A stretch of DNA of 64,000 nucleotides from Mobula hypostoma (taxonomy: Eukaryota), in assembly GCF_963921235.1 (NCBI RefSeq), contig NC_086098.1:1612001-1676000 (forward strand). The letters run 5' to 3'. The notes beneath the pieces were generated by a model. The model made no database searches and was not told the DNA's origin. It saw only the letters and a program-made list of their open reading frames with translations. Below are positions 50,087-60,707 of this stretch, piece by piece; the stretch's first letter is position 1, and each line of letters begins with the position of its first letter. A program made the position numbers and the translations under genes.

Positions 50087-52339
50087 CAGGTCGTTAAGAG
50101 TGACCATAATATGGTGGAATTCTTCATTAAGATGGAGAGTGACATAGTTAATTCAGAAACAAAGGTTCTGAACTTAAAGAGGGGTAACTTTGAAGGTATG
50201 AGACGTGAATTAGCTAAGATAGACTGGCAAATGACACTTAAAGGATTGACGGTGGATATGCAATGGCAAACATTTAAAGGTTGCATGGATGAACTACAAC
50301 AATTGTTCATCCCAGTTTGGCAAAAGAATAAATCAAGGAAGGTAGTGCACCCGTGGCTGACAAGGGAAATTAGGGATAGTATCAATTCCAAAGAAGAAGC
50401 ATACAAATTAGCCAGAAAAAGTGGCTCACCTGAGGACTGGGAGAAATTCAGAGTTCAGCAGAGGAGGACAAAGGGCTTAATTAGGAAGGGGAAAAAGGAT
50501 TATGAGAGAAAACTGGCAGGGAACATAAAAACTGACTGTAAAAGCTTTTATAGATATGTAAAAAGGAAAAGACTGGTAAAGATAAATGTAGGTCCCCTAC
50601 AGACAGAAACAGGTGAATTGATTATGGGGAGCAAGGACATGGCAGACCAACTGAATAATTACTTTGGTTCTGTCTTCACTAAGGAGGACATAAATAATCT
50701 TCCAGAAATAGTAGGGGACAGAGGGTCCAGTGAGATGGAGGAACTGAGCGAAATACATGTTAGTAGGGAAGTGGTGTTAGGTAAATTGAAGGATTGAAGG
50801 CAGATAAATCCCCAGAGCCAGATGGTCTGCATCCTAGAGTGCTTAAGGAAGTAGCCCAAGAAATAGTGGATGCATCAGTGATAATTTTTCAAAACTCGTT
50901 AGATTGTGGACTAGTTCCTGAGGATTGGAGGGTGGCTAATGTAACCCCACTTTTTAAAAAAGGAGGGAGAGAGAAACCGGGGAATTATAGACCGGTTAGC
51001 CTAACGTCGGTGGTGGGGAAACTGCTGGAGTCAGTTATCAAAGATGTGATAACAGCTCATTTGGAAAGTGGTGAAATGATCAGACAAAGTCAGCATGGGT
51101 TTGTGAAAGGAAAATCATGTCTGACAAATCTCATAGAATTTTTTGAGGATGTAACTAGTAGAGTGGATAGGGGAGAACCAGTGGATGTGGTATATTTGGA
51201 TTTTCAGAAGGCTTTTGACAAGGTCCCACACAGAAGATTAGTGTGCAAACTTAAAGCACACGGTATTGGGGGTAAAGTATTGATGTGGATGGAGAATTGG
51301 TTAACAGACAGGAAGCAAAGAGTGGGAATAAACGGGACCTTTTCAGAATGGCAGGCGGTGACTAGTGGGGTAACGCAAGGCTCAGCGCTGGGACCCCAGT
51401 TGTTTACAATATATATTAATGACTTGGATGAGGGAATTAAATGCAGCATCTCCAAGTTTGCGGATGACATGAAGCTGGGAGCAGTGTTAGCTGTGAGGAG
51501 GACACTAAGAGGATGCAGAGTGACTTGGATAGGTTGGGTGAGTGGGCAAATTCATGGCAGATGCAATTTAATGTGGATAAATGTGAAGTTATCCACTTTG
51601 GTGGCAAAAACAGGAAAACAGATTATTATCTGAATGGTGGCCGATTAGGAAAAGGGGAGGTGCAACGAGACCTGGGTTTCATTATACACCAGTCATTGAA
51701 AGTGGGCATGCAGGTACAGCAGGCGGTGAAAAAGGTGAATGGTATGCTGGCATTTATAACGAGAGGATTCAAGTACAGGAGCAGGGAGGTACTACTGCAG
51801 TTGTACAAGGCCTTGGTGAGACCACACCTGGAGTATTGTGTGCAGTTTTGGTCCCCTAATCTGAGGAAAGACATCCTTGCCACAGAGGGAGTACAAAGAA
51901 GGTTCACCAGATTGATTGCTGGGATGGCAGGACTTTCATATGAAGAAAGACTGGATGAACTGGGCTTGTACTCGTTGGAATTTAGAAGATTGAGGGGGGA
52001 TCTGATTGAAACGTATAAGATCCTAAAGGGATTGGACAGGCTAGATGTAGGAAGATTGTTCCCGATGTTGGGGAAGTCCAGAACGAGGGGTCACAGTTTG
52101 AGGATAAAGGGGAAGCCTTTTAGGACCGAGATTAGGAAAAACTTCTTCACACAGAGAGTGGTGAATCTGTGGAATTCTCTGCCACAGGAAACAGTTGAGG
52201 CCAGTTCATTGGCTATATTTAAGAGGGAGTTAGATATGGCCCTTGTGGCTATGGGGATCAGGGGGTATGGAGGGAAGGCTGGTACAGGGTTCTGAGTTGG
52301 ATGATCAGCCATGATCATAATAAATGGCGGTGCAGGCTC
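50087..52339 (+). mobile_element. CR1 subfamily A lacking its 3' tail
   Basis: ORFs 50021..50797, 50794..51633, 51513..52295; ends at GGTGCAGGCTC, before the terminal repeats. Confidence 0.93.
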
Positions 52340-55300
52340 ACGAAAATTAGGGGTCCCAGAACAGATCCTTGTGGGACACCACTGGTCACAATCCTCCAAT
52401 CTGAATGTACTCCCTCCACCACCACCCTCTGCCTTCTGCAGGCAAGCCAATTCTGAATCCACCTGGCCAAACTTCCCTGGACTTCTGACTTTCTGAATAA
52501 GCCTACTGTGTAGAACCTTGTCAAATGTCTTACTAAAATCCATATAGATCACATCCACTGCACTATCCTCATCTATATGCCTGGTCACCTCCTCAAAGAA
52601 CTCTATCAGGCTTGTTAGACACAATCTGCCCTTCACAAAGCCATGCTGACTGTCCCTGATTAGACCACGATTCTCTAAATGCCCATAGATCCTACCTCTA
52701 AGAATCTTTTCCAACAGCTTTCCCACCACAGACGCAAGGCTCACTGGTCTATAATTACCCGGACTATCCCTACCACCTTTTTTGAACAAGGGGACAATAT
52801 TCGCCTCCCTCCAATCCTCTGGTACCATGCCCGTGGACATCGAGGACATAAAGATCCTAGCCAGAGGCTAAGTAGTCTCTCCCCTCGCCTCATGGAGCAG
52901 CCTGGGAAATATTCCGTCGGGTCCCAGGGACTTATCCGTCCTAATGTATTTTAACAACTCCAACACCTCCTCTCCCTTAATATCAACATGCTCCAGAACA
53001 TCAACCTCACTCATATTGTCCTCACCATCATCAAGTTCCCTCTCATTGGTGAATACCGAAGAGAAGTACTCATTGAGGACTTCGCTCACTTCCACAGCCT
53101 CCAGGCACACCTTCCCACCTTTATCTCTAATCGGTCCTATCTTCACTCTTGTCATCCTTTTGTTCTTCACATAATTGAAGAATTCCTTGGGGTTTTCCTT
53201 TACCCTACTCGCCAAGGCCTTCTCATGCCCCCTTCTTGCTCTTCTCAGCCCCTTCTTAAGCTCCTTTCTTGCTTCCCAATATTCCTCAATAGTCCTATCT
53301 GATCCTTGCTTCCTAAACCTCATGTATGCTGCCTTCTTCCACCTGACTAGATTTTCCACCTCACTTTACCCTACGATTCTTTATCTTCCTCACCGGGACA
53401 AATTTATCCCTAACATCCTGCAAAAGATCTCTAAACATCAACCACATGTCCATAGTACATTTCCCTGCAAAAACATCATCCCAATTCACACTCGCAAGTT
53501 CTAGCCTTATAGCCTCATAATTTGCCCTTCCCCAATTAAAAATTTTCCTGTCTTCTCTGATTCTATCCTTTTCCATGATAATGCTAAAGGCCAGGGAGCG
53601 GTGGTCACTGTCCCCCAGATGCTCACCCACTGAGAGATCGGTGACCTGACCTGGTTCATTACCTAGTACTAGATCTAGTATGGCATTCCCCCTGGTCGGC
53701 CTGTCCACATACTGTGACAGGAATCCGTCCTGGACACACTTAACAAACTCTGCCCCACCTAAACCCTTGGAACTAATCAGGTGCCAATCAATATTAGGGA
53801 AGTTAAAGTCACCCATGATAACAACCCTGTTATTTTTGCACCTTTCCAAAATCTGCCTCCCAATCTGCTCCTCTGTATCTCTGCTGCTACCAGGGGGCCT
53901 ATAGAATACCCCCAATAGAGTAACTGCTCCCTTCCTGTTCCTGACTTCCACCCATACTGACCAAATGTGGATCCTGCTACATTACCTATCCCTTCTGTCC
54001 CTGTAATAGTATCCCTGACCAGCAATGCCACCCCTCCTCCCCTTTTTCCACCCTCTCCATCCCTTTTAAAGCACTGAAATCCAGGAATATTGAGAATCCA
54101 CTCCTGCCTTGGTGCCAGCCAAGTCTCTGTAATGGCCACTACTTCATAATTCCATGTATATATCCAAGCTCTCAGTTCATCACCTTTATTCCTGATGCTT
54201 CTTGCACTGAGGTACACACATTTCAGCCCTTCTACCTTACTGTCTTTACACCGTTTATTCTGCTTCTCTCTCCTCAAAGCCTCTCTGTATGTTAGATCTG
54301 GCTTTACTCCATGCACTTCTTTCACTGCTCTATCGCTCTGGGTCCCATCCCCCTTGCAAATTAGTTTAAACCCTCCCGAACCATGCTAGCAAACCTACCT
54401 GCAAGGATATTGCTCCCCCTCGAGTTCAGGTGCAACCCATCCAATCTGTACAGGTCCCACCTTCCCCAGAAGAGATCCCAATGATCCAGAAATCTAAAAC
54501 CCTGCTCCCTGTACCAACTCCTCAGCCACGCATTCAACTGCCATCTCCTCCAATTCTTACCATCACTGTCACGTAGCTCTGGCAGCAGTCCTGAGAACGT
54601 CACCCTTGAGGTCCTGTTCTTCGGCCTTCTGTCTAGTTCCCGAAACTCACACTTCAGGACCTCATCCCTCTTCCTGCCTATGTCGTTGGTACCAACATGT
54701 ATCACGACTTCTGGTTGTTTTGCCTCCCGTAACAGGATGTCTTGCACCTGGTCAGAGACATCCCGGACCCTGGCACCCGGGAGGCAACAAACCATGTGGG
54801 TGTCCTTCTCACGTCCACAAAATCTCCTGTCTGCTCCCCTGACTATAGAGTCTCCAATGACGACAGCTCTCCTCTTCTCCGTCCCACCCTTCTGCACCAC
54901 CAGGTCAGACTCAGTGTTGGAGGCCCTGCCACCATGGCTCACACCTGGTCGGTCATCCCCGCCAACAGTATCCAGGACGGTAAACTTATTATTCAGGGGA
55001 ATGGCTACATGGGTGCTCTGCACTACCTGTCTGCTCACCTTCACTTTCCCCCCTCTGACGATCTGCTTCCGGCAGCCTAGGTGTGACCTCCTCCCTGTAG
55101 CTCTCATCTATAACTGCCTCATTCTCCCTTATGAGTCAAAGGTCATCCAGCTGCTGCTCCAGATTCCTTACACGGTCTTCCAGATCGCCCAGCCGTATGC
55201 ACTTCTGGCAGATGTGACTCTGCGGGAGAGTGGCGTTCCCCCAAGACTGCTGCATCTCACATGAGAGGCACATCACCGTCTCAGGAGACATTGTAAAAAC

Positions 55301-55671
55301 TAACTGCGAGCTAGCTTGTCCTTCGCCTCTTCTCGTCGAAGCCTCTCGAGTCAAAGCCTCAAAGCTCCACTCCCTCACTAGCCCACTCACCCACTGGCCA
55401 CTTTCCACATTCAACTGCTGCTGCTAAGTTAACAAATTTCACAACACATGTTGATGATAATAAACCTGATTCTGATCAGTATATATTGAATCGCTGTTTG
55501 AAGCAGCTCTTGTTCTCCAGTGCAGGAGAACTTAGTTTATTCATAGCAGAGTTTTTCAGGCTTCCCTCACCTGAATCTTCTGGACACATGTTACGTCTTT
55601 CTCTCTCTGGAGCCTCTTCCTTCAGTGACTCATGGTATTCATTTACTGTCCGTGTTTAGACCTCATGCCTG

Positions 55672-55683
55672 CTTCTGACACTA
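55672..55683 (-). promoter_or_regulatory. Gypsy primer-binding site (probably tRNA-Leu)
   Basis: Minus strand TAGTGTCAGAAG, one change from TGGTGTCAGAAG, directly inside the 5' LTR. Confidence 0.7.
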
Positions 55684-55882
55684 TATTGTGCTTGTTCTTC
55701 GTAAAGGCAAACAGCGTGGGTGAAAACTCTAAAACTATTTTATTTACAGATTTAGAGCAATGGCTTTTGCTCCAGCCCGAACATGTGCGACAAGCTCACC
55801 TGCTTCATTTCTGGTTCCTTGTGAACCACCTATATTTCTCACATGGAACTGAAGTTCTTTATTAAGTAGACACATAATAACA
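55684..55882 (-). repeat. Gypsy 5' LTR
   Basis: Aligns with 32953-33134; ends TAACA on + strand. Confidence 0.85.
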
Positions 55883-56232
55883 GAAGGTGTAAGGTGCTCC
55901 TTCCCTCCGCTAGCCTGCAGTTCACCTTGGACAAGGTATTGCACCTGCTTAGCCCCCACAACCCCCACCGATCAGAGTCACACAAAGCCATGGGTGCAGG
56001 AGGTGGATGGTCGTACAAGTGACTGGTATATACAGTATCACAAGTATGGTTATATCACCAGGCAGACAATCTCTGAAAAGTATTGGTAATGTCTGGGGTC
56101 ACCATCTTGTAAAGACACTGCCCAAAAGAAGGCATTGGCAGACCACTTCTGTTGAAAATATTGCCACAAACAGTCATGGTGATGAGACATGGTCACCCAT
56201 GTCATACGACACGTCGCATAGTGATGATGATG
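55883..56232 (+). mobile_element. RTE-tailed SINE-like element, 3' part (5' part at ~32915-32952; split by Gypsy)
   Basis: RTE/Bov-B-like 'GAAGGCATTGGCAGACCACTTCTG' and (TGA)n tail; joins ...TCTACCAAAG across the Gypsy TSD. Confidence 0.65.
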
Positions 56233-56639
56233 TCACAAAATGCACACCATTGAGGAATGTGGACAATATACAGATGTTCTGAATGTCAGATCGTTGGTTA
56301 GGAATCAAAACACAGAAGGTGAATATTCATTGAGGAGCTCAAGGAGACCATCTGGGATGTAATGATCAAAATTGCACTCTAAACTGAGGATCTTTGTGCA
56401 CTAAGTTTGCATACTGGTAACCTGGGAATGTGTACCACTTCAATATATTAGGAGATGTGTGGGTCCTGGTCTGGATGTCCTGCTCACGTAAGGAAGGAGA
56501 AGTGTCTCCCATATCCTCTCCTTTCCAGGTGTAATGATTGCTGCAGGTCCACTGCTAGGCTTGCTATGCAGGCGGCCACTTGCATATGGCCTCTCCTACA
56601 CTACTGTGCGCATGGCAATGCCTTCACGTGGCGTCCCTG

Positions 56640-56930
56640 TTCTTACTGAGTTAGCTATGTCACGCTGTCCGGTGGTATAACTGGGCTGGCAGGCTGAGCT
56701 CATCAGCCTTGGTTAGTAACCAGACTAGGAGAAGGGCGACTTGGATTCCAAACCCGGGTAGATGGGACTCGTTAGCCTGGCCGGGCAGTCAGTCTAGGAG
56801 AAGGAAAACTCAGATACTCAGCCTATAGCCTTGCAATCACTGTAGTCGTTGTAGCTCACTGTACCATTGTGGAATGCCCCCCGGCCTCTAAAGCGAAATC
56901 AGTCCGTGTGTATTGATCCTCAGTATAAAC
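56640..56930 (+). repeat. RTE-5'UTR-like repeat with duplicated CTAGGAGAAGG block
   Basis: CTAGGAGAAGG at ~56724 and ~56794; related to 31165-31450. Confidence 0.45.
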
Positions 56931-57169
56931 CTGCACAGTACGGGTGGGAAGAAAAGTCCTTTCCCTTCTGATCTTTATAGCCAAGAACCAGCCACCATCA
57001 ATATATTAGGAAAATGTAGCACAGAGTGTGCCTGCATTTCAGGTGGGAAATGTTTCAAAAGTTATAGAGTCATAAAACACTACAGCACAGAAACAGCCGT
57101 TTCAGCTCATCCAGTCCACGCCTAGTCACATCTACCCACACCACATGGCAGCACTCAAAGCACAAAGCC

Positions 57170-57612
57170 AGGTCAAGGGGTTAAGTTGTTATTCAGTCCG
57201 AACATCAGAATGGGAAATAAATGTGATCTAAGTGACTTTGATCATGGAATGATTGTTGGTGCCAGACGGGGTGGTTTAGGTATCTCAGAATCTGCTGATC
57301 TCCTGGGATTGTCACACACATCAGTCTGTAGAGTTTGCAGATAATGGTGCAACAATTGAATAACATCCAGTGAGAGGCAGTTCTGTGGGTGAAAACGCCT
57401 TGTTAATGAGAGAGGTCAGAGGAAAATGGCCAGACTGGTTGAAGCTGACTAACTCAAATAATCACGCATCACAACAGTGGGGTGCAGAAGAGCATCTCTG
57501 AAAGCACAACACGTCAAACCTTGAAGTGGTTGGGTACAGAAGCAGACCATGAACATACACCCAGTGGCCACTTTATTAGGTACAGGAATTATCCAATAAA
57601 GTGGCCACTGAT
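57170..57612 (+). mobile_element. Tc1-like non-autonomous element with transposase HTH remnant
   Basis: 'MGNKCDLSDFDHGMIVGARRGGLGISESADLLGLSHTSVCRV' from ~57210; palindromic end CAGTGGCCACTTTATTAGG...AATAAAGTGGCCACTG. Confidence 0.82.
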
Positions 57613-57749
57613 GTAGTTAATATTTCATATTTCAAATTCAAATTTCTATGCTCACATATCCTAGAAATGCAGAAGGACTTGCAGAGAATCCTAGGTTAGT
57701 ATAAAACAGAATTTTGTCCTGGTTTATCTGTAGTATGAGAAGCTGAATG

Positions 57750-58055
57750 TCAGAAATAGAATCACAATCAGGTTTAATATTACTGGCATACTTCATGATT
57801 TTTTTTTGTTTTGTGCCTTTACTACTGTGCAAAATATAATAAAAATTCTATGAGTACAATAGAAGATATATATAACTAAAAATGAAATAGGTAGAACAAA
57901 AAGAGAGAGAGAAAAAGTGAGGTGTTGTACATGCGTTGACTGTCCGTTCAGAAATCTGATGGTGGAGGGGAAGAAGCTGTTCCTGAAATGTTTGAGTGTG
58001 CGCCTTCAGGCTCCGGTACCTCCTCTTTGATGGTAGCAATGAGAAGACACATCGT
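57750..58055 (-). mobile_element. Rex1-type LINE 3' end
   Basis: 'FSLLPSKRRYRSLKAHT' in ORF 57848..58153; same tail family as 55407-55477. Confidence 0.75.
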
Positions 58056-58827
58056 GGTAAACTGAGAGAAATATTAAAACTGTTGTCTAAATCGTGGCAG
58101 ACAGAATGTGATGCACTGAACAGGATGCAAGCCAGTTGACAGGATTCACTCATTTGAATAATACAGTAGGTGCATTCTCCTGCTGCTGGATTTGAACTTG
58201 CAAACAGCAGGTGGCTTCTTGAAGAGCACAGAAAATCTGTTCAAACTGAAAGTGTTTGCCACTTAAAGAGAAGTGGATGTAAAAATGGAAACATATAATG
58301 TGCCTGTGTTTGTAAGGATGAAAAACAGATTTAAAATGTTTCTTGTTCTTTTCTTTAATGTAAGTTGCAGCTGTTGAGTTGGGGTGGGAGAGCATAACTG
58401 AGGGGGAAGTTAATGTGAACAAGTAACTAAAATATCATAGTATCCAACTCTCAGCTGCAACGAAGACATTCTTGTTTAATGAGCTGAAGCAGTGTTCCCA
58501 GAGGACAAACTGCAAATTGCCTTCTACAGTATATAAAGGCAAGATGAACAGCGGTAACAGGGAGCCGTTCAACATGCTTACTGGAACATTGTCACCTGCG
58601 GAAGTTCTGCGCAGTGCTGATCTGCTTTTTCCCTTCTGCAAACACTGAAAGAATCTTTGAAATAGGACTACTATTGCTTGTATGAAGTATCTGTGGATTG
58701 TTTTCTGATGACAGAAGGAAGAACATAGCAATGAGTTGAATGGATGATGTGGATAACTTCACTCACCTCAGCAGCAATCTGATTGCACAGCCTGCAGACT
58801 CACCTTGGAGAACACAACAACTCACAG

Positions 58828-59090
58828 TATGACCTGCTGAGACCCACCAGCATTTTGTGTGTGTTACTCAACAAGTTATGTTCAGCAGGTGCTGGAAATT
58901 TAGAGCAGTTCACGGAAGTTGCTGGAGGAATTCAGCAGGCCAGGCAGAACCTAAGGAAAGGAATAAATATTCAACGTTTAGGCCAAGACCATTCATTCAG
59001 TCCTGATGAAGTGCCTCGGCCCAAAACGTCGACTGTCTAATCATTTTCATGCATGTTGCTTAACATACTGAGTTCTCCAGTACTTCACCT
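58828..59090. mobile_element. Palindromic (back-to-back) Penelope pLTRs with two decayed hammerheads
   Basis: Minus-strand copy ~58875-59000; plus-strand CAGTC-CTGATGA...AAAA-CGTC-GACTG at 58998-59035. Confidence 0.75.
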
Positions 59091-59578
59091 GCATGTTCTA
59101 GATTATTTATTTAGTTATTTGCATATTTTGTCTTCTTTTGCACATTAGTTGTTTCTCAGTCTTTGTGTATAATTTTTTTAATAAATTCGATTGTATTTCT
59201 TTATTTTTCTGTAAATGCCTTCAAGAAAATAAATTGCAAGGTAGTATATGGTAACATATATGTATTTTCATAATACATCCACCATCACCCAGAACATGCC
59301 CTCATCTCATTGCTAGCACCGTGGAGCCAGGAGACACACAAGTAACGATTCAGGAACATCAGTGCCATCAGATTTCTGAATGGATATTAAATCCATGTAA
59401 CCTACTTCACTTTTATTATTCATATTTCGCTCTCCTTTTACACCAGCTACCGGTCTATGAGTCAGATTTGAAAAAGGAACATTCGCAGGTTTTCGGTGTT
59501 TTTCCATCAGCCCAAACAAATCGCAATTCATTAGCGGGGCAAATTAAATAAGACCATAAAATTTAGGAGCAGAATTAG

Positions 59579-59906
59579 TCATAGTCATAGTCATACTTTA
59601 TTGATCCCGGAGGAAATTGGTTTTCGTTATAGTTGCACCATAAATAATTAAATAGTAATATGTAAATTATGCCAGTAAATTATGAAATAAGTCCAGGACC
59701 AGCCTATTGGCTCAGGGTGTCTGACCCTCCAAGGGAGGAGTTGTAAAGTTTGATGGCCACAGGCAGGAATGACTTCCTGTGACGCTCTGTGCTGCATCTC
59801 AGTGGAATGAGTCTCTGGCTGAATGTACTCCTGTGCCCAACCAGTACATTATGTAGTGGATGGGAGACATTGACCAAGATGGCATGCAACTTGGACAGCA
59901 TCCTCT
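59579..59906 (-). mobile_element. Rex1 3' end (same family as 17304-20126) nested in a CR1 3' UTR (~59548-60090)
   Basis: ORF 59704..59922 is nearly identical to the end of 19146..19982; (CATAGT)n tail on + strand; TTAG at both junctions. Confidence 0.9.
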
Positions 59907-60707
59907 TTAGGCCATATGGCACATCGAGTCTGCTCTATCATTTCATCGCGGCTGATCCAATTTCTTCTGAATCATGGCTGATCCAATCTCCCGCCTTCTC
60001 CCCATATACCTTCGTGCCCTGACCAATCAAGAATTTATCAACCTCTGCCTTTAGTCTCTACAGCTGCCTGTGGTAACAAATTCCATAGAATCCACAGATT
60101 GGTTTAAACCTTCCCCAACAATTCCAGCAAACCAGCCTGCAAGGACTTGGTTTTCCTTGGGTTCAGATGTAACTGGTCCCTTTTACACAGCTCACACTTT
60201 CCTCACACCCCCATGATGCAGAAATCTAAACACTGCCCCATACACCAATTCTTTAACCAAGAATTTTACACCTTAACACCATGACCACAAATAAAAACAT
60301 ATCATTTGACACGATGTTGCTGTTTTTAGTGGTAATATGGGAGTAGAAGGCTCATAATTAAGCTTCATCTAATTGAAGCTGAATTTCATCATAGCTGATC
60401 AATTTTTCCTCTGAACCCCAATCTCCTTCCTCTTCGTAATCTTTCTTGCCATGACTAATCAAGAACCTATCAGCATCCACATTAAATACACCTAATGACC
60501 TGGCCTCTGCAGTGGTCCATGACAGAGAATTCCACTGATTGACCACCCTCTGGCTCAAGAAATTACTCCTCATCTCTATTTTAAATGGATGTCCCTATAG
60601 TCTGAGGTTGTACCATCTAGTCCAAGACTCACCCACCACAGGAAACATCCTTCCTCCATCCACTCTATCTGGACCTCTTAATATTTGATAGGTTTCAATG
60701 AGGTTTG

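Larger units (their letters stand above)
48408..55405 (-). mobile_element. Essentially full-length CR1 (5' UTR, ORF1 ZnF + SGNH esterase, APE, RT, 3' UTR), interrupted by three insertions
   Basis: ORFs 55136..55414, 54361..55107 ('VIGDSIVRG', 'HVGTND', 'DGLHLN'), 53777..54325, 53361..53951, 52868..53359, RT to ~52340, resuming at 49876-49935 and 48474-49245. Confidence 0.9.
44525..55477 (+). mobile_element. Rex1/Babar LINE split into pieces (44525-45078, 47813-48150, 48306-48407, 55407-55477)
   Basis: ORF 44523..45089 RT ('[12 protein letters not shown]', '[11 protein letters not shown]', 'KFTDDT'); ORF 47759..48142 C-terminus; tail AATAAACCTGATTCTGAT at ~55459-55476. Confidence 0.8.
32953..55882 (-). 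mobile_element. Ty3/Gypsy LTR retrotransposon, decayed and expanded by nested insertions
   Basis: Two homologous LTRs, PBS, PPT, 5-bp TSD GAATG (32948-32952)/GAAGG (55883-55887), and gag-RT-RNaseH-integrase in Gypsy order on the minus strand. Confidence 0.88.

Noticed and set aside
54361..55107. SGNH/GDSL esterase as a host or horizontally acquired gene
   Set aside because: It is the known ORF1 esterase domain of CR1 LINEs, in the expected position upstream of APE.
58595..58703. Possible minus-strand exon (pyrimidine tract-CAG ... CAG|GTGACA)
   Set aside because: Weak donor, unrecognised peptide, and opposite strand to the other candidate exon.
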